From contig CAWHXP010000003.1 in the NCBI GenBank assembly GCA_963833425.1, positions 224,001-288,000 on the forward strand: a stretch of DNA of 64,000 nt. Direction: 5' to 3'. Below, one piece after another: positions 1 to 11,365 of the stretch. Numbering within the stretch: the stretch's first letter is position 1; every line of letters starts with the position of its first letter. Made by a program: the position numbers and the translations under genes. The notes beneath the pieces were generated by a model that was given only the letters and a program-made list of their open reading frames with translations, was not told the DNA's origin and searched no databases. Origin of the DNA: an uncultured Methanosarcinaceae archaeon. Lineage in GTDB: Archaea; Halobacteriota; Methanosarcinia; Methanosarcinales; Methanosarcinaceae.

Positions 1-189
1 AATCAAATATGGATAGAGAATATTCTATTTCCATCGCATTTTTGGCATTTTCATAGTTAATTGTATCACTCTTATATCTAATGCAGCATAAATAAAGCAT
101 AGACTATTAAGATTTGACTCTGATTTTCACAAATTATTTAGATGCCATTTATAAACACACGATACAATTTAGGATTTATCGAAATTCTC
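1..189 (-). mobile_element. Degraded left end of an IS5-like element (runs off the window start)
   Basis: TTATCGAAATTCTC ending near 189 is the reverse complement of the GAGAATTTCGATAA terminal repeat at 1424. The minus strand then reads MKMPKMRWK*, resembling a Methanosarcina transposase N-terminus with a stop. Confidence 0.45.
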
Positions 190-555
190 TTTGATTAATT
201 TTTATAGTCTTCTGATTTGTGAAAATGTTTTCAGATCAGAGAATATTCAAAATACTGAAAGAGAATCAAAGTATAAGTAATAGCACAAATAATATCATTA
301 TAAGGAGCTCAGTTGCCAAAAAGATTTAATGCAAATATAATTTTGGACAATGGATTAAGTTTTTTGGAAAATATAAATTTCAAGTGTACATACCATCTGG
401 TTCCATAACTAGTAAAGAGTCTACAACTAGTAGATCTCGTTAAACAATTGAAGAGTACAATAGAATTCGATAATGTTTAAGGGACACGTTTAAAAATATT
501 GTTTTCGGAAAAAGACTGAAATCTGGAAGTTTATCCACTCTAAAGGGGAGGTACA

Positions 556-963
556 ATGAAAAAAGCAAAAATTTTGGTTGTTGAAGATCAGAATATAGTG
601 GCTCTCAACATCAGGAATAAGCTGAAAAATATGGGTTATACTGTGCCTGGTACTGCATCTACTGTAGAAGAAGCAATACAAAAAGCAAAGCTGGCAAATG
701 TGGATCTTGTTTTGATGGATATCATGTTGAAAGGAGATAGAGATGGAATTGAAGCTGCTCGTGAAATCAAAGAGAAACTCAAAATTCCGGTACTTTATCT
801 GACCGCATATACTGATGATGAGACTCTCGCTAGGGCAAAAACTACAGAACCTGCAGGATATATATCAAAACCTTTTAAAGAAGAAGACCTGCAAATCAGT
901 ATAGAGCTGGCTTTGCATAAACATAGGACTGAAAAAAAAGAGATTGATAACATTAAGGAATAA
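556..963 (+). CDS. Single-domain response regulator (CheY-like receiver)
   Basis: KILVVED, LMDIML phosphoacceptor, YLTA and KPF motifs; GGAGGT RBS upstream. Confidence 0.9.
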   Translation: MKKAKILVVEDQNIVALNIRNKLKNMGYTVPGTASTVEEAIQKAKLANVDLVLMDIMLKGDRDGIEAAREIKEKLKIPVLYLTAYTDDETLARAKTTEPAGYISKPFKEEDLQISIELALHKHRTEKKEIDNIKE

Positions 964-1299
964 TTAGCTTTTTAAACAAAGAGGTGGCAAGTCATACAAT
1001 TGAAAAAACTATGGATCTGTCTTTTTCTATCAGACATTAGCTTTATTACACTTTCTTTTACATCTAGCGCAAGTAGTATTTTATCTCCCTAAATAAAATA
1101 TAGTGAATAAAAATAATTTGAGACATTATCAAGCAAATAAGTTTCTGCGAAAAAATATGTTTCTGAAAAGCGTCTTAATCCTATTTTCAGACGAAAACAT
1201 CCTTCTGTTTTAACATATATTTCTTGCTTAACTGCTTGATAGTCCAAATATTTTAACAAAATAGCTTCAATAAGTAGATATTAGGTTATATAATCATAT

Positions 1300-1423
1300 G
1301 TTTAAAATATCATTTTACAGCAATTAGACGATCTTTCCAACTTGAACGTCAAAGCGATGTATTTCTATAATTTCTTTCCGGAAATTTATTGGTTTTCCTG
1401 AGTACATACCAGACAATACCACA
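1300..1423 (+). pseudogene. 5'/middle fragment of an older IS5-family transposase, interrupted at 1423
   Basis: Translates ..ISFRKFIGFPEYIPDNTT and stops exactly at the TIR of the younger IS5. Confidence 0.7.
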
Positions 1424-2420
1424 GAGAATTTCGATAACCTCCATGCTCTTGAGCATGGTTGACTTTAAATTTGTCAATATTTATCTATATTCACGAAAAC
1501 TCTTACTGATTTTGCTCTTAAAGAAGAGTATAAACGTCTTGAATCTGTTGGAGATAAGCTTGCTGAAATTGCTTCCTTAATTGATTGGAAAACGTTTCGT
1601 ATTATTCTTGAGTCTATGTATATTAACAAAACCGTTTCAGAAGGGAGACCTGAAACTGGTGTCATTGTGATGTTCAAAATGCTTGTTTTACAACAATGGC
1701 ATGGGCTCTCTGATTTTGAACTTGAGAAAGTGTGTATAGATCGAATTTCTTTTAGGAAATTCCTTGGATTTCCGGAATACATACCTGACAGTACTACTGT
1801 ATGGCTATTTAGGAAGAGAATTATCGAGAATTTCAAAGAAAATATGGGGAAAGTTGCAAAGCCAACTTTATGCTCTGGGTTTACAGATAAAGCAGGGAAT
1901 TATTCAGGATGCTACTTTTATCCATCCAGATCTCGGAAATGCAAAAGCAGATAAACCTCAGAATAAAGCAAAAATACGGAGATTCAGAGATGGAACCTAT
2001 ATAACAAAGGGTAATAAGTAGCACTTTGGTTATAAAGTGAATATCATACGATATCGGGAGTATAAGCTGATTAGAAGGGTCAAACAACGACTGATTATTT
2101 AGTAATTCTCAGGTAGATTTATCAGAAAAAAATTAAGTGGTCTACAGAGACAAAGGATCCTTGGGAGCAAAGCCAAAAGGTTATGATGCAACAATTAAAA
2201 GAGCAGTAAAAAAACCTCCTCTTGGATGAGTGAGGTTTCAAGAAGCAGGCGGATTAGCTCAAAAAGATTCCAAGGGAAAAGAGTTTATTCAGTAATTGGA
2301 AAAATATTCACGGCAGGAAAAATTTTTGTCACTAATGTTCAAAGAGCGAATCTGAAGATATTGTGTATAGCTTTTTGTTATAATCTCTGTCGGTTGATTA
2401 TATTGAAAATAAAAATAATG
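1424..2420 (+). mobile_element. IS5-family element, transposase pseudogene (chimeric copy)
   Basis: Left TIR GAGAATTTCGATAA at 1424; start ATG changed to ACG relative to the copy at 62490; fragments KMLVLQQWHGLSD, IQDATFIH and RVYSV split by frameshifts and stops. Confidence 0.9.
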
Positions 2421-2586
2421 AACCAAAATAGAAAAAATCAGGTCGAATACAAAATTCGTGAGAAAGATTTATAGACGATTCCCGCGAGGAAAATGAGAAG
2501 AGGTAAATCATAATCTTTTATAGTAAAGGTATGATACATGAACAAAGGTATAAGATATGAACCCGAAAAAAATGAGCTGATAGCCT

Positions 2587-4107
2587 ATGCAACCCAAAAC
2601 CTTGCAGATTCTCAAAACATTTGAAAAAATTAATTTAATTCCTCGCTGCTCAAAACATGAAGGAAAGCTTTCAATCTGGCTGCTGGAATGGAGCAGATCC
2701 AGAGGCTTTGAGGCAAAAGCTGATTCCTTTAACAATGTTCTTATAAGAGTCACTCCAACTAAGGGCTATGAGAGCTCTCCTATAGTTATTCTGCAGGGAC
2801 ATATGGATATGGTTTGTGAGAAATGTCCGGGCTCAAATCATGATTTCTTTAGAGATCCAATAAAATGCGTTTATGATGGGGATTGGCTAAGGGGAGATGG
2901 GACTTCCTTAGGGGCAGATAATGGAATTGCACTTGCAATCGGGTTAGTGCTCGCAGAGACTGGGAAAAAGGGTGAAATAGAACACCCACCTCTAGAACTT
3001 CTTTTTACAGTTGATGAAGAAACAGGTTTTACGGGAGTAAGAGGACTTGAGACTGGTTTCTGTGAAGGGAAGTTACTCTTGAATTTGGACTCAGAGGATG
3101 AAGGAGTCTTTATAGCAGGGTGCGCTGGAGGACAAAATTTACTGATTACACTTCCCGTTGAGTGGGAGAAGTTTGACTGTGGGAAGGGGGATTTATTCGG
3201 GTTTTTTCAGATATCAGTTGAGGGATTAGCGGGTGGACATTCAGGAGTTGAGATTCATAGGAAGCGGGCTAATGGAATTCTTTTGCTTACTAGGGCATTG
3301 GTCCGTTTGAGGGACAGGATTGGAGCAGAAAGTATCAGGCTTGTTCAGCTAAGCGGAGGCAGCGTTCACAACTCGATTCCGAATTTTGCAGAGGCATTTG
3401 TAGCCATAGATAGGAGAAAAACAGCAGAGGCTGCAGAAATAATCTCCAGTCTCTGGAAGACTTTTCAAACTGAATACGTAGAAACAGATACTAATCTTGT
3501 TCTGAGTCTTACGGAAGTCGATGATAAAACAGATCTTAGAAACATTGGATTTATGGTCCTCAAAAAGAAAATTACCTGGGGTAGAGTCTTATCTTCAGGG
3601 ACTGAAGAAAGGCTAATAGCACTGCTTCAGGAGTTGCCACATGGAGTTTACAGAATGTCGAATAATATTCCTGGACTTGTGGAAACCTCAAATAACCTTG
3701 CTATGGTGAGAACAACAGAACATGAAGTAAAGGTTATTTTAAGCCAACGCAGCTCTATCGCATCCAATTTGGCTGAAATTACCTGGGATGTAGAAGCTTT
3801 AGCGAAACTAGTAGGAGCATGGCTTGAGTATGAGAAATTTTACCCTGCCTGGGAACCTGACCTTGAGTCAGGTCTGCTTTCAAACTGCAGGCAAATTTAC
3901 ACAGGAACCTTCGGAAAAGAGCCGAAGGTAACAGTCGTGCATGCGGGGCTTGAGTGCGGAATAATCGGTTCAAAATTTAGGGATATGGAAATGATTTCTT
4001 TCGGGCCTACAATTAAAGATCCCCATTCTCCTGCAGAAAGGGTATTTATTCCCTCTGTTGAAAAGGTCTGGATCTTTCTGGAAAATTTACTAAAAAGTTA
4101 TCGTTGA
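2587..4107 (+). CDS. pepD: Aminoacyl-histidine dipeptidase (peptidase M20C)
   Basis: LQGHMDMVCEK, LGADNG, TVDEETG, NLDSE, HAGLECG and HSPAE motifs. Confidence 0.92.
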   Translation: MQPKTLQILKTFEKINLIPRCSKHEGKLSIWLLEWSRSRGFEAKADSFNNVLIRVTPTKGYESSPIVILQGHMDMVCEKCPGSNHDFFRDPIKCVYDGDWLRGDGTSLGADNGIALAIGLVLAETGKKGEIEHPPLELLFTVDEETGFTGVRGLETGFCEGKLLLNLDSEDEGVFIAGCAGGQNLLITLPVEWEKFDCGKGDLFGFFQISVEGLAGGHSGVEIHRKRANGILLLTRALVRLRDRIGAESIRLVQLSGGSVHNSIPNFAEAFVAIDRRKTAEAAEIISSLWKTFQTEYVETDTNLVLSLTEVDDKTDLRNIGFMVLKKKITWGRVLSSGTEERLIALLQELPHGVYRMSNNIPGLVETSNNLAMVRTTEHEVKVILSQRSSIASNLAEITWDVEALAKLVGAWLEYEKFYPAWEPDLESGLLSNCRQIYTGTFGKEPKVTVVHAGLECGIIGSKFRDMEMISFGPTIKDPHSPAERVFIPSVEKVWIFLENLLKSYR

Positions 4108-5161
4108 TTTATAGTATACATTGAAAGGAATCTCGCAAAAAATAGAATCGGATCATCAATGAATCCAACTTCAGTCCTTAATTTCGCAGTATTTTTTAGA
4201 TAAATGTTTTTTTATGATAGTTTTCCTAAAATATTTTCAAATAATAAAGGATCAAAATGCAACGTACAGACTGAATATAATCGTTTATAGTCCGATTTGC
4301 TTCTATTTTATATTTTCTCCTAAACTGTCACATTTATGCCTGAAGCCCCAACAAAAATAAGAATTAAAACTAAAAATATGATCACACAGTCAATTTTACG
4401 CTCACGTATTATGATACATATCTTTTTGATAGTTTGTCTGAATCATTCTTAAGGAAGCATTTTTTGAAGAAAATTATCAAGAGTACTCGCGGATGAGGAA
4501 TATATGCCATATTCTTAAGCCGTGATCGAATCTTAAAAACGAATATATCTCTCTTTTTTGGAAACATAGAGAGATATTTTGGTTACGACTTTCAACAATT
4601 AGTGAAAACTACTGAAATATATATGTAGAATAATTTATGGCACAAAAAACGATTTTAAGATAGAAGATTATGTAATTAATGAATGCCGCATGATTAATTG
4701 ATGAAATATCAACTTCATTTTAATAATCACTAATGTAGCAAAAAGTAAATAGGGTCAAATAGTCGAATTATGCTTTCTGGCAGTTTTGAAAGATCTTGAT
4801 GCTACGTTCTTTTCAAATTAAAGGTCAGGAGAGGTGCATCGTTAATAAAAATTGGTTTACTCACAGGAGCACAAGAACAATTATGAAATCAAAATAGAAT
4901 TTTGGAGAAAGAATATCTTGAAAACCAGAAATTCTGCCTATACATCACTCATTAGTATATGATGTCATATAACGATTTAAAAATCCTCCTCAAATATTTT
5001 TTTGATAATATTCAAGTGGAGAAATGGCCTCTGAACTAAAATATATTCATAAGTACTGAGACTGGGAATAGCTTTATGTATAAAAAATCATTATGACTAT
5101 GAAGAGTCTATTTTAATAGGTCCTAACAGACAGAAATAAGCATTAAGAGTAAAGGATTCTC

Positions 5162-5422
5162 ATGAACGAAATACGCGAAATGGACCGGTTTAAGTGTAAG
5201 GTTATAAGTGTAATTCAGAATCTTATCTGGAAAGGTGTAATTGTAGAAGAAAACGATACTAAAGGCCGGGTTTATTTTGGAAAAGTAAATGGCGAAATTG
5301 ATATTAATCAGGGCGACATTCTATATTTAGGTATCAGGCCTATCTATGAGTTAGAAGACAAAACTATGAGAGTTACACTTTACGATTCTGAAGATAAAAA
5401 ATTGGATTGGACTCTTATTTGA
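5162..5422 (+). CDS. Small hypothetical protein, predicted beta-rich
   Basis: Clean 86-aa ORF with ATG and protein-like composition, in an otherwise stop-rich region. Confidence 0.7.
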   Translation: MNEIREMDRFKCKVISVIQNLIWKGVIVEENDTKGRVYFGKVNGEIDINQGDILYLGIRPIYELEDKTMRVTLYDSEDKKLDWTLI

Positions 5423-5765
5423 GCTAATAAGATTCCATAATTGTATTTGCATGTCTTTCATGGATTTAGGTAGAATTCCTTGGTAATTACGATCTTTTTT
5501 TAAAAATCATCATACTTTCAAATTCAATTTTTAATCTTTTCTAAACAAATTTAAACGTGCTTTTTCATTAACTTCCTACATATATACGCTCAGATGTGTG
5601 ATTTTGTTTGCTTATTTGCCCACTATTACTCATCTAAAATTCAATTAATTTTTAAGCTACTGTCATATTGAGAACATAGATGTATTCTTGTGTATATCTG
5701 CATAAAGTGGGCTCTGTAATAATATTTCGCTCTTAATTTATTTTTTTTAGTCTACAGCAAGAGCT

Positions 5766-6683
5766 TCATTCGGGCCTGTAAGATACTTCGATTTCCATCA
5801 GGTCTTCAGCTATGCTGACGTTCTCAAATATCTTTTTTGAATCGTTTAGGACGGGCTCAGCATCAGCTGCGTAGCGTGAGCTAATATGAGTAAGGACCAA
5901 CCTCCTGACTCCCGCTTCCCTCGCAAGGACTCCAACTTCACCAGCTGTCGAATGCCCTGATTCTTTCGCCCAATCTATCATTTCATTCGCGAAACTACAG
6001 TCATGAATTAGAAGGTCAGCGTCCCTGCTAGCCTCGAGGACTGCTTCACAGGGTCTTGTATCCCCACTGTATACAACAATTCTTCCCGGCCTCCTGGATC
6101 CCATCACATCTTCAGGCTTTATGATTTTTCCATTAACTTCGACATGATTTCCTTTTTGTAGTTTTGCAAAAAGAGGACCAGGTGAAATGCCCATCCCGAT
6201 TGCCTTTTCCCTGTTAAAGCGCCCTGGGCGTGGATTTTCCGCAAGTGCATATCCTAAACTAGGGATACTGTGCTCTGTTTTTAAGGCACGTATCGCATAA
6301 TTTTTTCCTTTCACAATGTCTCCTGGTTTTAATTGGACGCCCTCGATTTCATATTTTAAGTTGAAATAGCCAAAAGCTTTAGAAAGTTCGGTAAATTCTA
6401 GGGTTCCTTCTGGGCCATATATCCTAAGACGTTCTTTTCTCCCCATAAACGACATTGTCTGGATAAGGCCTGGTATTCCAAGAAAATGGTCTGCGTGAAA
6501 ATGACTAATAAAAATAGACGATAAGTTCATTATTCCTGTTTTTGCTCTCATCATTTGCTGCTGAGTTCCTTCTCCGCAATCAAAGAGAATGAGTTCTCCT
6601 TCCCTATTTATCATTATTGATGACGGGTTTCTGTCACGAGTTGGAAGGGAACCTCCAGTACCAAGGAAAATTATACGAAGCAT
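5766..6683 (-). CDS. rnz: Ribonuclease Z
   Basis: FLGTGGSLPT, FDCGEGTQ, HFHADH motif, GP exosite, YSGDT, LTHISSRY. Confidence 0.96.
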   Translation of the reverse strand: MLRIIFLGTGGSLPTRDRNPSSIMINREGELILFDCGEGTQQQMMRAKTGIMNLSSIFISHFHADHFLGIPGLIQTMSFMGRKERLRIYGPEGTLEFTELSKAFGYFNLKYEIEGVQLKPGDIVKGKNYAIRALKTEHSIPSLGYALAENPRPGRFNREKAIGMGISPGPLFAKLQKGNHVEVNGKIIKPEDVMGSRRPGRIVVYSGDTRPCEAVLEASRDADLLIHDCSFANEMIDWAKESGHSTAGEVGVLAREAGVRRLVLTHISSRYAADAEPVLNDSKKIFENVSIAEDLMEIEVSYRPE

Positions 6684-6892
6684 GATGAACCAACTTAATA
6701 CTTATAAGGTATTTATTGATTACCACTTAGATAATGCTAGAGAAACTCGCAGTAGATTCAATTTGTTAATGTGAACTTTCAAAATCTTAAAATAAGCTTG
6801 TTTCTGCGTTTATCATATTTTTGACTTCTTTCTCCCCTTGTAATTATCAGTAATTTTGAGCTAGATTTCCCTTTCTATCAAATTTAGAGATT

Positions 6893-6946
6893 ATTTGTTT
6901 CAGTCGAATAACCCGTAGTTTACGACATGTATTCGACTGGAATAAA
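6893..6946. repeat. Dispersed ~54-bp hairpin repeat, copy 1
   Basis: CAGTCGAATA...TATTCGACTG inverted arms; homologous copy at 35370-35424. Confidence 0.65.
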
Positions 6947-8059
6947 TATATTGTCAAGCATTATCTTTACAAACCTGAGGATCAATTCTACTAATTTTGG
7001 TCCAATCAATAACCTTAAAGACTTTTGATCATTAATTTTTATACTTTTTAACGCACAGGTCAAAAAATAGATAAAAAATTGCAAAAAAGAATACGGAACT
7101 TTCCATTAAATCTCATTCGGTAAAGCAATGGGCATATAGCGGAAGGAACAAAACAAAAAAGATCATAATAGTGACCTTGAATATATGTTTTATAAATGTT
7201 TTTGGGAGAAGCTGACTTTTTTTCACAGGAAAAGAGTGTGAGATATAACGTTTCTGATAACTTGGGCAATTGAGCATTGGAACTAACTTGGAGGAAGGAT
7301 CGTGCAATGTTCCATGTTAAATCAAATATGCAAAGTAGGTAACTTAAAAAAGCGGAGATTATTGATTTCTGTCGGATAACCTTGATTTAGCATTCAAGAT
7401 ATTTTTTGTATAGTTTTTTTCATTTTTCTGGGTTTTCTCCAATTTTGAAAAATAGTAGAATTTCTTTCAAATTCATAGAATTACTTCTCCATTTGGAATA
7501 GTTAATTTGCTCCCATACAGGCATATGAATTATTTATAGTAATAAATATTGAATTCTTCAAATAATAGACTCAAATAAATTGATATGTGTTTCGTTTGAT
7601 TCATTATAAACCTCGTCGATATCGTAATTTTAGCAGGAGATTTTTTTAATTTTAGTTTTAAAAAACACCTGAGGACTAATAAAGTAGATTTTAATCGAAG
7701 GATCATTTGTGACCTAATCACGAATGCAAATTGTTTTTTAGGCAATCTCACTGGCCAATGAATTTGTGGTTTAAATTGACATAAATAATGAATACGTTTT
7801 GTGGTTAGACATTATAACTTTTTATCGTTTTTATTATCTTCAGTATATCAGGTAAAGAATAGCAATAACATTTCTAGAGATGATGATGGAATTTTGGATC
7901 TTAGAAGTTGGGTTATATATTAAAAATATCTTGTCTTGTATGTGAATCAACAAGTGATTTTTGGGTCATATTAATGATCCCTTTATAAGGCATCTTTATT
8001 ATAATTGAAAATGCAAGAAATTTGAGATATTTGCTCACAAAAAATAGACGAAAATGATT

Positions 8060-8672
8060 CGTGAAAATCATATGTTCATAAAAATCCTCTATAACAAAGA
8101 GCTATACACAGCATCTTCATATCCACTCTTTGACTAGTAGTGAAAAGAACTTTTCCCGCTTTGACTCTTTTTGAGATACTCCATGAACTTGTCCCATGTA
8201 ACTCTTTTTAAACAGATTCTCTTTTTCCGTAGTATGACCCTTATTTCCAGGGGTGTTCTTTTACTGCTCTTTCTGTTGTTGAGCATAACTTTCGTTTTTG
8301 CTCCAGAGTATCATCTGTCTCGATGAATCACTTCCTTTTTTTTCTGATAAATCTACATACGAATCATGAAGTTGTCAGTCATTTTTTGAGTCTTCTGATC
8401 AGTCCGTAATCCTCTCTATTGTGCTATAAAATTTATATCCACTACGCGGCTTGCTCACCTTTTCGGTTCAGATTCCTCCTCGAATGCTCTTTTATTACTT
8501 ATTTTGTAAGGTTTATTCATTTTTGCATGTCTAGGATTTGAATGGTGAAAGTAGCTTACAGAATAATTCTCGTTTTCATTTTCAAATCAAGGAAATTAAT
8601 TTTGTTTCGAAACTGTCCCTATATTTCTTATTCTTAGCAGTTATCAATAATTTTTACTGAATTAAGACTGTG
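8060..8672 (-). pseudogene. 3' part of the older, heavily degraded IS5-family transposase
   Basis: Minus strand gives remnants of TV..IIDN, HDSYVDLSE and KVLFTTS; begins with CACA directly after the TIR at 8673. Confidence 0.7.
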
Positions 8673-9440
8673 GAGGATTTCGATAAACTTCGGATTTTAT
8701 TTCTTAGCAGTAGTTTCTCATATCTTCCCCTCAATTTCTCTATTTAATTTCTCTTTTTGGCTTTACTTATTCTCAATTCTTTGATTTTAAAGATAGCTTC
8801 CGCTATCTTCAATATACTTTTTTTATTTTCAATGTCCTCAATTGATGAAGATTATAACAAAAAGCCGTATACAACATTTTTATATTTACTCTTTTAACAG
8901 TAGTAACAAAAACTCTTCCTGCTTTGAAAGTTTCTTTTGTTACTGAATAAACTCTTTTCCCTTGGAATCTTTTTGAGCTAATCCGCCTGCTTCTTGAAAC
9001 CTCACTCATCCAAGAGAAGGTTTTTTTACTGCTCTTTTAATTGTTGCATCATAACCTTTTGGCTTTGCTCCCAAGGATCCTTTGTCTCTGTAGACCACTT
9101 AATTTTTTTCTGATAAATCTACCTGAGAATTACTAAATAATCAGTCGTTGTTTGAACCTTCTAATCAGCTTATACTCCCGATATCGTATGATATTCACTT
9201 TATAACCAAAGTGCTACTTATTACCCTTTGTTATATAGGTTCCATCTCTGAATCTCCGTATTTTTGCTTTATTCTGAGGTTTATCTGCTTTTGCATCCCC
9301 AAGATCTGAATGATAAAAATGCCGTCCGGAATCATTTTCTTTTTTTACTTCCGAAATAAGACAATCAAACTGACTTTACAATTGTCTCCAGATCTCCTCT
9401 TTTTTGAGTTGTCAATAATTATCTTTCTGAGCACCCATTA
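8673..9440 (-). mobile_element. IS5-family element, 5'-truncated transposase pseudogene
   Basis: Right TIR GAGGATTTCGATAA at 8673; C-terminus RVYSVTKETFKAGRVFVTTVKRVNIKMLYTAFCYNL; 8940-9296 nearly identical to 1939-2295. Confidence 0.88.
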
Positions 9441-10819
9441 TTATAGCTTGAAGGAACTTGGAAACGCATAAATATTGGACCAAGAACTAAATGGAAAATT
9501 GGAGATAGCAGCGAAAAATAGTTGATTGAACTTATTTAGATGTCTACAAATTAAAACTACCAAAACATCTAAAATTTGCGATCATAATACTGGTAAGGAC
9601 ACTGATTCTCCAATTTGATTTTTAGGTTGGAAGGAAATTTTCAATTTTGGTAGGAATGAAAAAGAAATATTAAGATTAACAAATTTTGACCCACCTTTCG
9701 TGATTCAATTTGACAGATAATTTTCCGTTCCTTGAGTATTATCTTTTTCAGATTATCCTGTATGATCCTGGCTACATGTAAACTGGTTGATCGGGGCAAA
9801 GTATAGTCTTCTTTAAATATAATGCAACATTAATATATTTGTTAGTAGTATATTAATAAAATTATGAACTTGGAAACATTTACTATGGATATACTGTGGA
9901 TATGACTCTTGTTCCTGCGATAAAAAAATAACAGATTAGACTCTAATCCTTATTATTGGCAAATATGGTTTGGGATCAACGAAAGTTGTAAAATATTTTC
10001 AGCATATTGCTCACTGTTTACCGTTGGATAAAGCAGGCTGCGAAAACGATTCAAACAGCCTTAAATATAAAAAATAATTAAGAAGTTGGTATCTTTTAAA
10101 ACAAAACAACTTACTAGTCAAAGAAAGTGCTTTCGGAGCTGACAACAACAAACGATATTTAAAAAGAAAGGTAAAATATCTTATTCATATCACTAATTAG
10201 ACAAATTGTTAACTCGTTAGGCAAATAAATTTGGATCTAGATTAAAAAACTAAACTTGCACTCACAATCTAATTTATATCTGAAGTTCAAAATATTCCTG
10301 AACCAAATCATTTAATCTCTGCCATGATAATAGGAGTTTTTGTGTGAATTCAAATAAATCAAGATGTCTGACAATCGAATATCTAGCATTTCAGATAATG
10401 AGAAAGAATATTCAAACAATTTCTCAGATAATCCGATAAAATTTTATAATAACTGATAATAAATAATTAGATTTAATTACTTGAGTATCATTATTAGCTT
10501 ATATACCACTCTATTACTATAGTATTAGAGATTAATATAATTCAAAGAAAAATTGGGCCTTTGGACAAGAAAAATATGATACAACCATTCAGCCTACAAA
10601 AATCAGTCGATGGGTGTCAAATTTGATACAATAATACTTTATATTACTAACCAGTAGAGAAACAAAAAGCAGGATCCAAAGCTTACAAAGAAGAAAAAAA
10701 ATTGTGAGATTTGCTCACAAATGATTATAAAGATGATTATGAATAATGTTTTGTCCATTCTGAATAGTCACAATATAATGAAAATTAAACTAATTTTTAT
10801 TGTGGAGGAAAAAATAATG

Positions 10820-11365
10820 ATAAGTTAATTTATATATAGATAATTATCTATGTGAATGATGAAATGATAACAAATATCATCGCTTTTGTGCCAGCGCATT
10901 ATGAGTCTAATTGAATCCATTAAACAATTAAATCACTTCTTTCGCAAACGCACAAGGTCGAAGTTATTGTCATCAATGACGATAGTGCAGATAACAAGAT
11001 AATAAGTTAGTATAAATATAAATATTTGATAGTCTTTGAAGATGATGAAATGACAACAAATGTTATCACTTTTGTTGCAGCACATAGGAGACTAATGTAA
11101 TTCGTTCAACAACTGAATACTTCCTTCACAAACGTACAAGGTAGATGTTGTCGTCATCAGTGATGATAGCACAGATAACATTATTATGAGTTAGTTTGAT
11201 ATAAAAATTTTATAATCTTTGGGGATGATTAAATGACAACAAATGTCATTGCGTTTGTGCCAGCACATAATGAAGCAAAAGTAATCCGTTCAACAATTGA
11301 ATCACTTCTTTCTCAAACGCACAAGGTCGATGTTGTTGTCATCAATGATAATAGCACAGATGACA
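10820..11365 (+). repeat. Three tandem ~185-bp units: AT-rich promoter/RBS plus the first ~44 codons of the GT2 gene; first two copies degenerate
   Basis: ATGs at 10864, 11050 and 11233, each followed by ACAAAT.T.AT..C.TTTGT...CACAAGGT.GA.GTT..TGTCATCA.TGA and preceded by GATGA. Confidence 0.9.

Noticed and set aside
10820..11365. Repeats as a CRISPR array or DGR template/variable pair
   Set aside because: Units are gene-start copies without unique spacers, differences are not adenine-specific, and no cas or reverse transcriptase gene is in the window.
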